Positions 50,940 to 64,000 of a stretch of 64,000 nucleotides of DNA are shown here, one piece after another. Source of the DNA: Octopus sinensis (taxonomy: Eukaryota); NCBI RefSeq assembly GCF_006345805.1, contig NC_043008.1, positions 69,564,001-69,628,000 of the forward strand, in the 5' to 3' direction. The position numbers were made by a program, and so were the translations under genes. Under the pieces are notes generated by a model. That model made no database searches and was not told the DNA's origin. It saw nothing but the letters and a program-made list of their open reading frames with translations. The number at the start of each line of letters is the position of its first letter. Within the stretch, counting starts at the first letter, position 1.

Positions 50940-52300
50940 TAGTAGTGTTCTGTATCATTCAAGAATAATACAAATAATTCAGATAGCTACTAAAATACGT
51001 GCCTCACAATCGGTGACAACACCTTCTCATTGCCCAGGAATCTCTGTAAACCTTACAGCTTCAATACAAAAGAGTTATAATCTCAGAATTGTCAATGGTC
51101 TTCCCGCGTTCACGTCCTTTGTCAACAGTGTCAGAAATTTGCGGTTAATGTGACTAGGAATATACCCGGTCTATTGCCAATTCGAATAGATGTCTGCAAA
51201 GAGACAGCTGAACAAATCTGATATTGATTCATCTGATTCAAATCTGATAATTTGCTTTCACGTAGAACCACTTACTGCCGACCGTACTCCAGTTATTGTT
51301 ATCCGTTTTTCGTAACATTCCACATTTTTTGTCGAACTCTGCGATATGCCTTTTGCTGTCTACAGTCATTGCAATTTACAAACAGATGAACAAAGCGCTT
51401 ATTAAGAACTTGCCGTATCTGCTCGCGTCCGTCGAGATCTGTCAAAAATATAATTGTGCTTTTTATCAATACCCTTGCCTTTCAGCCCCGAGCCTCTCAT
51501 GTCTAAGAGCACACTTCGTCTACGCCCTTATCTCTAGCTGTGCGTGCATTACCTCTAACAACGCATTCTAAAAGTTGTACATCCAAGAAATAGTCGAGCA
51601 CGTCAGTCGCGATGCCTTTTCTGATTGCCTTTTCTTATCTACTAACTAGCTCCTCATTCTTTAATCGCTTGTTTTATACCGATACATTTTTTTGCTATAC
51701 CCTGTTGATTCTACTCTTCAGGGAAACCTATTATCTGACCCACTATGACCCTCATCATATTCCCCTTAATTAATTCGTTAATCGGTCGCCGTCCGTTTCC
51801 TGCACCAACACGATATATTCACTTTCCAGTAGTCTGACTTTAGTATGTGTGTCCTTTATAGATTGACTATAGAGATAAAACCTTGTGGACCCTGTCGCTC
51901 GGATCTGACGAAATTGAGATTACCCTAAGCTATTCTTATCTGCTTACTTGACAGATAGATGTGATTTGTCTAAAGCTACATCGGAACATTAGGAAAGAAT
52001 GTTCCCTATTAGTTCGAATTGACTGTGAAAGTGTGAGCGTTTATTTCTACTTGTATCCATTGGCTGTTACATCATATAGTTGTAGCATGCATCTGGCATG
52101 CATTGCAGTGACATGCTAGTACTATGAACTATATATTGTAAAAGGGTTTTGCAAACTCTGCCATATCGCCTTCGTTGTTGTTCACATCCAGTACAAGTGA
52201 CTGAGTGCAGGGAATCTTGGTCTCATTGATAGCCACCACATATACATCCAGTGACTTAAGCTCACCGTTCTTGTAGGATCATCAAGGGCTGCAACTCATA
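50940..52300 (-). mobile_element. Tx1/L1-clade LINE ORF2 relic (APE endonuclease start to RT start), heavily decayed
   Basis: Minus-strand pieces occur in the expected order: LKSLDVYVVAINETK (APE motif), LECVVRGNARTARDKG, IFLTDLDG...KRFVHLF, ECYEKRIT, DLFSCLFADIYSNWQ*TGYIP...LTLLTKD, IDNSEIITLL (NFRPITLL equivalent). Confidence 0.65.
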
Positions 52301-52737
52301 GTATGACCATGCTGGGCGGAGTAAAAGTGAGAGATACCAGTAAGGTTTTATTTCAAAGAACTTGTAATGCTGTTTGCATAGAAGGGAGGGGCTACTTGAA
52401 CGGCTTTTTGAAAGGGCTTTTCGCTCTTTTGCAAAAAATTCCTATGTCATGTGAGAGTTTTCTTTTAAAGAGTTATGTAAACTCAAGATATAGTTTCTCT
52501 AGAATTTCTAGAATGAGCTCCTCAAAGCCACCCGCCTCTTATCTTTATTCCTCTTTTTTGTCAAGTGCTCCATCAATTCATTTTTTTTACACAGTACAAC
52601 ATTAAAGATGTGCGCGTAGGTTTCGCTTTTGCTGTGGTTGTTGTTGTTGCTGACTGTAGTTGTTTTTGTTGGCGTTTCTTTGGTTGCCTACTGTGATTTC
52701 AAACGTAATTTCAATAACTACAAATAATAATAATAAC

Positions 52738-52879
<142 letters not shown>

Positions 52880-52915
52880 ATAATAATAATAATAATAATA
52901 TAATAATAATAATAA

Positions 52916-53110
52916 TCAGACAAATATATAACAAAAACACCGGGACTTCCAAGTATATATAAACAGCACTACTAGGCACCGCACACATCCTACGTAAACA
53001 CTTTCAATACGTTAACAATAAGAGCATCACAAACAAACCACATCACATACCCGAGGCACACAGAGCTGTGCTCGGTAGTGCAGTGAAAGAACGTGATAAA
53101 AATAAGACTA

Positions 53111-53114
<4 letters not shown>
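52916..53114 (+). mobile_element. Truncated Dong/R4-like 3' end from another subfamily, with (TAA)n on both sides
   Basis: YITKTPGLPSIY..ALLGTAHILRK.LSIR* (TAA at 53013-53015, with small indels) plus a ~100-bp 3' UTR. (TAA)n lies before 52916 and after 53114. Confidence 0.8.
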
Positions 53115-53165
<51 letters not shown>

Positions 53166-54802
53166 TAATAATAATAATAATAAGAAGAAGAAGAAGAAGA
53201 AGATCAACAGAATAAATGCATTTTAAATACACTAACGAAATGCCAAAGAGTACATATATTTATCATCATCATCATCGCCGTCATCATCACCATCACGTCT
53301 TTCATCTTATGCAGTTGCCATATCCATAACGTCACTTTCTTTTCATCAAGATTATCTCCACCCTTATTTCTAGTAGCCTCATCTCTTGTCGCAACATTCT
53401 CTCGGTCACTTCATTTCTTTCATCAGACCTTGTGAGTGACATCCCACTGCTGGCATGTACTCACACACACGCAGGCACACACAAACACACAGACAGACAG
53501 ACACACACACACACACATACTCTCTCTCTCATTTCTCATCTCTCTCTCTTACTTCTCTCATTACTTAGTTATCTAATCATGTCTTAAGTCATGGCAACAC
53601 ACTCTTTTTTCTCTCTTTTTCGTCCCACCCCATTCTCTTCCTGTCTGTTTCTACACTCTTCATCTTAAACATCTTTTACATCGCCGCAATCATTTCATCT
53701 CATATGATTTTATCTCATCTTATTTTTATTTCTCCTTCTCAAATACTTCTTTCTGTAATTAATCTTATCAGATTACGGTATGCATGGAAATGAGATCTCG
53801 TATCGATAAACTCAAACACACTGACCAGCATTGAAGTAAGAAATATAAGCATATATACATGCATGTATGCATACATACATTCGTACATACATACATATAC
53901 ATGTTCATATATACATAAACACATAGGTATCTACGTGCCTGTATATGAGCAACATACTTATGTACATACATACAAGCAAACGTACTGACGAACTTATCTC
54001 CATGAATGCAAGCATGCATACATACATTGCTGTATACACATTTATCCATACACACGTACACACACACATATACACAAACACGCCCACGCACGTCAATTTT
54101 TATTTTGTGTTCATGGTACCGTGATGATCGGGGAAGTCAACAGATTGGATCTCTCAATAAATATTCTTCAGTTGATACATACATACATACATACACACAT
54201 ACATACATACATACATACATACACACATACATACATACATACATACACACGTACATACATACATACACACATACGTACAATAGTGGTCATGTTTTGGGTG
54301 TCGAAACTACGATGAAATCCGTTAGCCAGCTGATTTCTTTGATGGTTTAATCGAATTTTGTTCTATAGTTATGTCTCCGCTTGTTGTTAAAGTCCGGTAG
54401 TTGTTTGTGTGTTGTATCCTTTACTTTAGGATCGGTGTCCTTTAAGTGAAGACATTAGACGGAGTAAACTGCAGGGTTAGAGCATTGCTATGCAAGGAAA
54501 CTGAACCAGGAACCATGTGGTTGGAAAGGAAACTTCTTACCACACAGCTAAGCCTGCGCCTATATATCTTAGTCATACAGATTCTGAGTACGATGACTGT
54601 TATAAGATGCATATAAAATATACACACACACACCCGTATGTATGTATCTATATATATACACCCACATACGCATCCATATATATATGAGAGTGTGTGAATG
54701 TGTGTGTGCGTCTCTCTCTCTCTCCCTCTCTCTCTCTCTACATAGCGTGTGTATCGTTGGCGATTTTTCTTTCTCCCTACCTTGGACCTTTCCTTTTTCT
54801 AT

Positions 54803-54837
54803 GTTTCTGACGAAAAGCTCCGCTCGAAACGTTAAAT
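54803..54837 (+). ncRNA. Minimal hammerhead-like motif in a Penelope-like terminal repeat (~54760-54935)
   Basis: GTTT-CTGACGA-A-AAGC tcc GCTC-GAAA-C-GT-T-AAAT, with palindromic helix III (AACGTT) and TTT/AAA helix I. Confidence 0.6.
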
Positions 54838-54952
54838 CCTCCTTCTTTCTTTTCTTTCTTGAGCGTCCAATAACACTATACTTGCTCCACGCCCTCGCGT
54901 TGTTGTGTTTTCTCTTTGTTCATGTTTGGATTAACTATATATACATATAATT

Positions 54953-54998
<46 letters not shown>

Positions 54999-55515
54999 CG
55001 AGAGTGAGATGTACGTATGTGTGTATGTGCATGTGTGTGTGTGCACGCACGTTTTCACTTGATTGAAATAACTAGAAATTTGAAAAGAAGTCTTTTTAAA
55101 AAGGTCAAATACCCAAGTTATAAACACATAACAGTTCATTAAAAAAATGAAGGATAAAAAACTTCACAGACGGAAGATAATGCTGAGAACCACTTTGGTG
55201 TATTGAACTATATACTTGCCGTACGATATATGATGTCCACGAATATTACTAATACAAAGCAAACCTACTTAAATTTACTTCGTGTATTTTTCAGGATATT
55301 GTTATCAGGCAATTGTTGCTATCAGATAGTCTTTGTCATAAAGTGATTACAATAAGCAGAGGCTTAATTTATTTTGTTAAGTAGTCGTGTAAATTTTAAT
55401 GAAACACCTTTTCTGTTAAATAGCTGCAATTTATTGAGTTTACTTGAAGAATAAGAGAAAAACTACACACGCACTTTCATATATACATATATACATACAC
55501 ACACACACACACACG

Positions 55516-55559
<44 letters not shown>

Positions 55560-55572
55560 CATATATACATAC

Positions 55573-55618
<46 letters not shown>

Positions 55619-55757
55619 GCATATATACATATATATGCATATATATGTGTGTGTGTGTACACACACGTCACTCTTTTTCGTAGTTGAGCCTGTAAGTTAT
55701 GCCCATACTGTGGCATTTGTACATACACAGACACACACACACAAAGATGGGTGGATG

Positions 55758-55793
<36 letters not shown>

Positions 55794-56308
55794 TGTATGT
55801 GTATAGGTAGGTAAGTAGGCAGGTAGGTAGGTAGGTAGGTAGGTAGGTCGGTCGGTCGGTCGGTAGGTAGGTAGGTAGGTAGGTAAGTATGTAGGTAGGT
55901 AGGTAAGCAGATAGATACGTACTTCATGTATGCACGCCTGACCATCCGTAACTGCGTATATACATTCATCATATACGTATATATGCTCGTGTGTGTGCAT
56001 GGATGCGTTGATTCGAACGAACATACAAGCATACATAATCCCGTGTGTACTTACTTACATACAAACGCTTCAATGATATTGTTCTGACATTTCCAATGTA
56101 AAACTTCTAACAACCATGCAGTGACGACCTGGTCAGCAAACTCTTTCGCAATTGGAAAGCAATCACGCATAGGCAACCATTTTGAATCGACCAGTACAAT
56201 AGGATTAGTGCGTACGTATACATGCATATATATATATATATAAATGTCTCCCTCTCTATCTATTTATGTGTGTATGTGTATACATTTATACACACACACA
56301 CACACACA

Positions 56309-56366
<58 letters not shown>

Positions 56367-57208
56367 TACATATACATACATATATATATATATTCATACA
56401 TGTATATTCACACACACTGATATGAATGCGCCACACATACACATACGTACATACATAAATACATACATACAAGAAAGGTGTGTATATATATATATATATA
56501 CACACACAAACGTAGTCTTTAACGATTATGTGTCAAACATCCAACACAAACGTTCTACGTGCACTTTTTGAGAAATTCTCTTATCTGTTTAGACATGATG
56601 TCCACACTGTGTCGATATATTGGAAGATGGTAAACGAATAGAATATTTCCTATTCTTTGTACCAACTAATCTTAAAGAGGACCAAAGAAGAATTGGAAGA
56701 AGAGCAGGAAGAAAACGCAAAAGAAAATAGACGTAGATATAGAGGAAGATGGACAAGAACAAAAGCTATAACGTAAAGCATTGCAACAACAATATTGAAA
56801 CCGTAAATAACAACAACAACAATAATAAAAGAGAGCCAATAAAAACAGCAAGACTAATATGATAAAGAAAACTATAATATTAAAAATAACAAGAAGGAAA
56901 TAATAACTATGAGATTATATATAAAACATAGATTACAAAAATAAAAAGTAAAGCGAAAAATATAATTTGAAAAATAAATAAAATAGAAGAGAATGAAATA
57001 TAAAAAGCACATTATGAAAATGTGTAGAAAATCACCTATGATATATAAACATCTTTTCATGTAAGGCAGCGACTTCTAATTCAATTAAAAACTTTAAAGA
57101 ACTGAATTATATGTCTGTCTGATTATTGTAGAACCAACTGGTGAAGCGATAAAATGGTAAATTCTTCTAGGCAGCGAAAAATAATGATAGCAAAAATAAT
57201 AATAAAAA

Positions 57209-57241
<33 letters not shown>

Positions 57242-57803
57242 TAATAATAATAATAATAATAATAATGATAATAATAATAATAATATAATAATAATAATAA
57301 CAACAACAAACATCTCAGGCAAACCAGATTTTTCTGTCATATATTTTCAGAATAACGACCGTGAACAATGGAATAAGAACAATGATAGTGAAAGCAGAAA
57401 GGAGAGAGAAGAAGAGGGTGTGATTGTGTGTGAGAGAGAACGAAAGAAAGAAAGAAAGGAAGAGAGAGAAAAGAGAAAGAGAAAGAGAAAGAGAGAGGGA
57501 GAGTGGGTGAAAAGACGGATAGAAAAAGGTTGAAAATAGATGCTTTAAAGTTGTATATACACACATATGTTCATACAAATATATTTTTATATATGTATGA
57601 TGTATGTGTAGGTATGTTTAAGTCTATACAAAGAGATGTTTCAATGCTGATTTTGATAGTTTTTTTCATATCTTCTGTGGCCTTCTATGATTAAAATTTT
57701 TTTAATCAAGTTCATGCTAAATTACCATTAATATACATACACACATACATACTTACACACATAGATACATACATGCAGGCATATATATAATAATACAAAA
57801 TTA

Positions 57804-57862
<59 letters not shown>

Positions 57863-58710
57863 TATAAATACATATACGTATACATACACATATACATAAG
57901 TAAATATACATACTCACACATACATATATGTATGCATAGCGATCCAAAACTATGAGCACTGAAAAACTATGGTCGAATCGTTAGATATTCATCCATAAAA
58001 GATGCTTTTAAAATAAAAAGTAAATCCAACCGATTAAACAAACACCTTTCAATAACAGACATTTAATCACGTTGAGAGACCAATCTACAGAGCATAGAGC
58101 AATACAGGAACAAATACTTTCCTACTGTTATAACAAGTACAACATTCAGTAAAAATACATAAACCACACACATACTATATATTAATGGGCTGAGGCTAAT
58201 ATGTGACGCTGTCAGAAGATTAGTTGAAGGGAGAGGCAAAAAGAGAGAGAAGAGTGTTAGCGGTGAGAGCTAGGAGAAACGGTTTGCTATAATGTTATAC
58301 GGATAGATTGTTGAATGAAGGGGTAGAGAGAAAGAGAGAAATAAAACATCTTTAGCGCAGAGTGGATGCGGCATAGTCAAAAGGAGAGGTAAAGAGGGAG
58401 AACGAGTGAGTGAATAAGAGAGGGAGAGAAAGAGAAAGAGAGAGAGAGAGAGAATGGATGTGTGTTTATTGAAATTGCAACTTCAAATTTACCTATGTGG
58501 ACTTTTGTACCACACCAAGATTATAATGTTTCAGAAATATACCTCTCCAACTTACAATTTTCAAAATTCCACGCTTGCTGTTAATACTATATCAATTTTC
58601 AATACCTTGTCGTTGGGCTGCTGTTGTAAATGATCGCTTTCCTATCGAGAAACCACGTATCTATGAAATGTCTATTCCTTCTTTAACATTATCACAGTTA
58701 TTTTATAAAC

Positions 58711-58813
<103 letters not shown>

Positions 58814-59665
58814 CATTTATTCATCTATCTATCTCTCTATTTGTGTGTGTGTGTAAGTATTATGTGAGTGTGTGTGTAATAATCCATATTAATGTCCGTT
58901 GGTTATTTCTCCATTCATTGATTACATTATATATAGTGAAGTCGAAATTGAATAATAGAGAGATGCAGAGAGACTTGAAGTAGTAAGTGCTGGACCTGTG
59001 CATATATAAGGCTTGGTGGCAGGCAATGATAACTTTGTGGCTCATTTTAAATAAATCTCTGCAGAGATGGTCTTCCGATTGAGCAAATTGCTATTATGTT
59101 GACAAAATTTAGAAAAATAATAACATATTTATTGCAAATATACAAACAAGAAATTTGTTCAATTGTATTTTAAGGAAAAATATGTTTCATTTGTAAATTA
59201 GTTTTCATTCCATCCTCATGTGCAAGCACCAAAAAGTTTAATGATAGTTAAATTTTAATTATTGCTTGTATGTCACATTATCAGATGTTACCCATGGTGT
59301 AAAATATACCTCCCATGTTACCCGTCATAGATTTTACCCATAATGGTGACTGGAGTTCAGTTTTCATCTACTTTCAGCTTACCTCTATAGTTTATAGGGT
59401 TATTAAAAATTATAACACGGCCGGTATATCTTGAAACTATTAAAAGCTTCATAATTGCCATCGTATCATCTGCTGATAAAGGCGACAAGTATGTGTATAA
59501 TTTTGCATACCTATCTCTTCAAGAAGCAGGTATTCGTGTCAAATATAATGCGATTTAAAATACGTGTTTATTTCAATGTATGTACCTTTATTTTCTACGT
59601 GTCATTTCGTTCAAGTTGTTTTATACCAACACACACACGCAGACAAATACTGGCACACACAGACG

Positions 59666-59702
<37 letters not shown>

Positions 59703-60083
59703 TATATATATATAATATATATATATATAATATATATATATATGTTTGCGTACATACATTCACTAATATATGCATACACACATACACACACATATATATA
59801 TGGCTGTGTATATACGTACTCATCTATCTACTTATACACTTATACATATATATATATATGTGTGTATATGTCTATGTATGTATGTGTGTGTGTATGTACA
59901 TATGTATGTGTGTATGTATGCATGTATGTATGTATGCATATAATAAGGTAAAAAAGCAAAGAAATTGTTTCATAGAAAGTCTCGCGAGCGAAAATTGGAC
60001 GCAATAATGTAAATATACCAATGATAAACATAGCATAAACAAATATTATTATTGTTAATTATTATTATTATTATCATTATCGT

Positions 60084-60125
<42 letters not shown>

Positions 60126-60329
60126 CACTACTATATTATTAGAGAGGCGATTAGGTTGTTTGGATAATAAATTAAGTGCAGTTAACCAAGTGAACATGGA
60201 TAAGATGGTGGCGGTGGTGGCGGTGATGGTAATGGGCGTGATGGTGGGGATGATGGTGGTTCTGTTAGCCTTTGTGATAATGATAACGGTAGTAGTGTTC
60301 GTGTTGGAGATGACGGCGGTTGCTGTATA

Positions 60330-60363
<34 letters not shown>

Positions 60364-60656
60364 TGTGTGTGTGTGTGTGTGTGTGTGTGCACACTCGGTG
60401 GAAGCAAAGTATCCATGTGAAATAATAAGCTTGGAAGAAGAAAAGATAGGAAAGAATAAGAAAAGCAGCTCTACAGCACCAAATACAATATTTACATTAG
60501 CATTCTATAGAACCTGAAGAATTTGGTTTGTTTTGGTGATTTGTCTTGTCAGGCGAATAAAACGTAAACCATTTCCAAACTTACTCGTCCTTTGTGCATA
60601 CGAAACAAAAATCACATATTTTTTTCCTTTGGAATATTCCGTATGCTATTATTATT

Positions 60657-61105
60657 AAGTGGGAGAGCAACGCATGCTATCAAAGGGAAGCTGGGGTACA
60701 AATATATGAGTCCCAGTATATATCTATTATGCCCACTCGTCTGATAATGGTACACTAGACACATGCATCACAACCATATGTGCACTTTTATCAAGATACA
60801 CAGCGCATGATCTTTCAAGTGCGGCTGTTAGAATTTTCTTCATGTTCAGTAGCCGAATCGTCTCAAAAGGGCCTTAATAAGGATTGTTTAAGGGTGATGA
60901 ACCAAACACCTATGTTTCCAAAGGTGAATTATTCAAACCCCAATGAATTTCTCTCAACACATGGTTATGATGCTTCCAAACCGCTTCTGCTAGTAAGCGG
61001 AGGTGTACATAGTGTCAACCACTAAGGTACATGCTCAATTGGTTAAGGTCAAGCAAGTGACAAGAAAATCTATAGTACTGAGCAGAACATTTGCTGTAGC
61101 CCGCT
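60657..61105. mobile_element. TAA-anchored interspersed repeat, copy 2 (inverted, more diverged)
   Basis: Reverse complement of 40750-41226; starts directly after TATTATTATT. Confidence 0.8.
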
Positions 61106-61312
61106 ATTTCCTCTTTTCGACTCTCTATTACTTTCCTGAAGATTCTGGCCGTACCAAAAAGGTAAACTTTTCGCTACATCTCCACTGGGCACTTTATTCT
61201 CATTTCCTTCATATTTCTCTTGATGCCTTCTGGCACTGTCCCCAAGGATGTAACAATAATTGATACTATCTTCTCCTTCATTTTCCACATTCTAGTTATC
61301 TCTCATTTGTCG

Positions 61313-61345
<33 letters not shown>

Positions 61346-62378
61346 CCACCACCACCACCACCACCACCACCAACACCACCAACACCACCAACACCACCAA
61401 CAACAACATTATTATTTTCATCTTTATTCATAGTTTGATAAATATATTAAGTCTTTTCCTCCCCCGTAAAATAATAATACGGCACATCTTGGAAGGCATT
61501 TGTAGAAGTACTCTTAGTTAACAAACACTATATAAAAATAGCCCCAACAATACTTGCAGATCTTTCTGTAGCTATTTTCTAGAACGTGCTTATGCCAATC
61601 TTCAGAGATAACCTTTAGAGTCTGTCTAATTTTCCCACTTACACTAATTACAAGATGATAATAGACACATATATGCCACAATATTTTTAATTCTTAATTA
61701 ACAATGTTTAAAAGACCGCAGTAATGCTACGCCGAGGAGGGCATTTGTCTTAGTCTCATAAATTATTTGACATCTTCACAATTTTGGCTACGTATTATTC
61801 CAGCTGTACCAATTATAAACACGGTTACAGACACATTCCTTAACCACCGTGATGCTTTTAATTCAACAGCCCAATCTGTGTAATTCGTTAGATATTCAGT
61901 TCGCTTCTGAACAACATATAGTTATTTGGTATTCGGTATGTCTATTATTAATACACTAAATGTTGTTTTCCGTCAAGGAAACACGATATTTATTATTATT
62001 ATTATCATCGTCATCATCATCATCATTATTATTATTGTTGTTGTTGTTGTTGTTGTGTTACTATTATATAAGAAATGATAATAATAATAATTCTTCCTAA
62101 TTTTGGCACAACGTCAGTAATTTTGAGGGTAGCGGGAAGTCGATTACATCAATCCCATTGCTCAACTAGTACTTAATTTGGCGACCCCGAAAGGATGAAT
62201 AACAAATTTGACATCGGCGTCATTTGAACTCAGGATGTAAAAAACCGAAAAGAAATGCTGCTGCGCTTTTTCTTCGACGCCGCAGCAATTCTTCCAGCCC
62301 ACCACCTTAATAATAATAATGATGATGATGATGATCACAACAACAACAACAGCAGTAATAATAATAATAGTGATAATG

Positions 62379-62429
<51 letters not shown>

Positions 62430-62456
62430 GTAATAATAAAAATAATAATAATAATG

Positions 62457-62507
<51 letters not shown>

Positions 62508-62510
<3 letters not shown>

Positions 62511-62960
62511 TCCCTGATGCAGTACCAGACAGTGGCTCTCATGGCTTCTGATCTTAACTGATTGGAAGTGTTATCATGTACATTGTTTTGTCTTAGTATA
62601 AAAGATGGGCTACAGGAAATATTCTGCTCAATACCACAGATTTGCTTGTCAGTTGTTTGGCCTTAACCAGTTGAGCATGTCCCTTGGTGGCTGACGATAT
62701 GTGCATCTCTGATCACGAGCAGAAGTAGTGGGGGAGCATCATAGCCGTGTGTTGAAAGGAATTCTTGGAGGTTTGGATAATTCACCTCTGGAAATATGGG
62801 TGGTTCGTTCAACATCCTTAAGCAATCCTTATTCAGATGGGCTACTCGACCAGAAGAAAATTCTAACTGGGCCCCACCTGCTTGATCATGTGCTGTTTAT
62901 CTTGATATGTGATCACCATGTCGCGCACATGGTTGTGATGCATGTCCTAGTGTACCCTTA
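62508..62960. mobile_element. TAA-anchored interspersed repeat, copy 3, cut by a family D SINE
   Basis: Starts (AAT)n-AAATTCCCTGATGCAGTACC and is colinear with copy 1. Confidence 0.85.
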
Positions 62961-63129
62961 CATAGCTGGTACTTATTTAATCGATTCCGAAAGGATGAAA
63001 GGCAAAGTCGACCTCAGCGAGATTTGAACTAAGAACGTAGAGACAGACGTCTAAGCATTTCGTCTGGCGCACTAATGATTTTGCCAGCTCACCGCCTTAA
63101 TAATACTACTAACAATAAGGGTTGTAGAT

Positions 63130-63545
63130 TGGCAGACTCGATAGATCGGCGTGCATTATACTTTGCGGTTTTTTGTTCCGGCTTTTTTGTCTTGTCCTCA
63201 AATCCCTCTGAGTTGAGGTTAACTTCGCCTTTTATCTCTCCGAAATTGATAGAAAATAAAGTACCAGTGAAATACTGAGGTCTATGTAATCCTCATCCTC
63301 CTAAAATTACTGGCTTTGCGCCAAAACATGTAATAATTACATAATTCGGTGAGCGGAATCGTTAGCGTACCGGACAAAATGCAGCTTAGCTCTTTACATT
63401 CTGAGTTCAAATAACGCTGAAGTCTACTTTGCCTTTTATTCGTCCGAGGTTGATATCATGAATCCCAGTCAAGAACTAGGGTTGATAGTAGCGACTTACT
63501 TCTTTCCTCCGAAAACTGCTGAACTTGTGCCAATATTTGAATATG
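63130..63545 (+). mobile_element. Two diverged SINE family D copies in tandem
   Basis: GGCAGA/GGAATCGTTAGC heads, GAGTTCAAAT, and GTGCCAA...TTGAA tails. Confidence 0.7.
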
Positions 63546-63571
63546 ATCATCATTATTATTTTTCTCTTTTT

Positions 63572-64000
<429 letters not shown>

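Noticed and set aside
52330-52560. Minus-strand EKLYLEFT*LFKRKL...KSPFKKP as a Gypsy pol fragment
   Set aside because: Similarity is marginal, and it could equally belong to the adjacent Tx1-like element.
61130-61170. CTGAAGATTCTGGCCGTACCAAAAAGGTA as a hammerhead
   Set aside because: It needs several assumed substitutions to restore GAAA and helix III; not supportable from one copy.

Overview
AT-rich eukaryotic non-coding DNA, saturated with microsatellites ((TA)n, (CA)n, (TATG)n, (TAA)n, (GTG)n) and transposon relics. The SINE repertoire and microsatellite density are what I recall from octopus (coleoid cephalopod) genomes; this is an inference, not a database result. Nearly every ORF in the supplied track is a microsatellite read-through. 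I found no host-gene CDS, rRNA, true tRNA gene or CRISPR array that I can support. Supported by reading and translating the sequence: (i) many tRNA-derived SINEs, one full-length with a perfect 16-bp TSD; (ii) decayed non-LTR retrotransposon ends: four Dong/R4-like fragments (three abutting (TAA)n), one other RLE-type, one CRE-like, one Tx1/L1-like and two RTE-like, one of which ends in three C2H2 fingers; (iii) DNA-transposon relics: a Buster-type hAT fragment, a hAT MITE and a mariner MITE; (iv) two long foldback palindromes, several minisatellites and a ~880-bp tandem duplication. The main highlight is a 477-bp foldback at 2697-3173 in which each arm carries a recognisable type I hammerhead ribozyme, on opposite strands. 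Two more minimal hammerhead motifs lie at ~46.5 kb and ~54.8 kb. A few splice-signal candidates on the minus strand hint that the window may lie inside a long intron, but this is unproven. Coordinates of degenerate elements are approximate.
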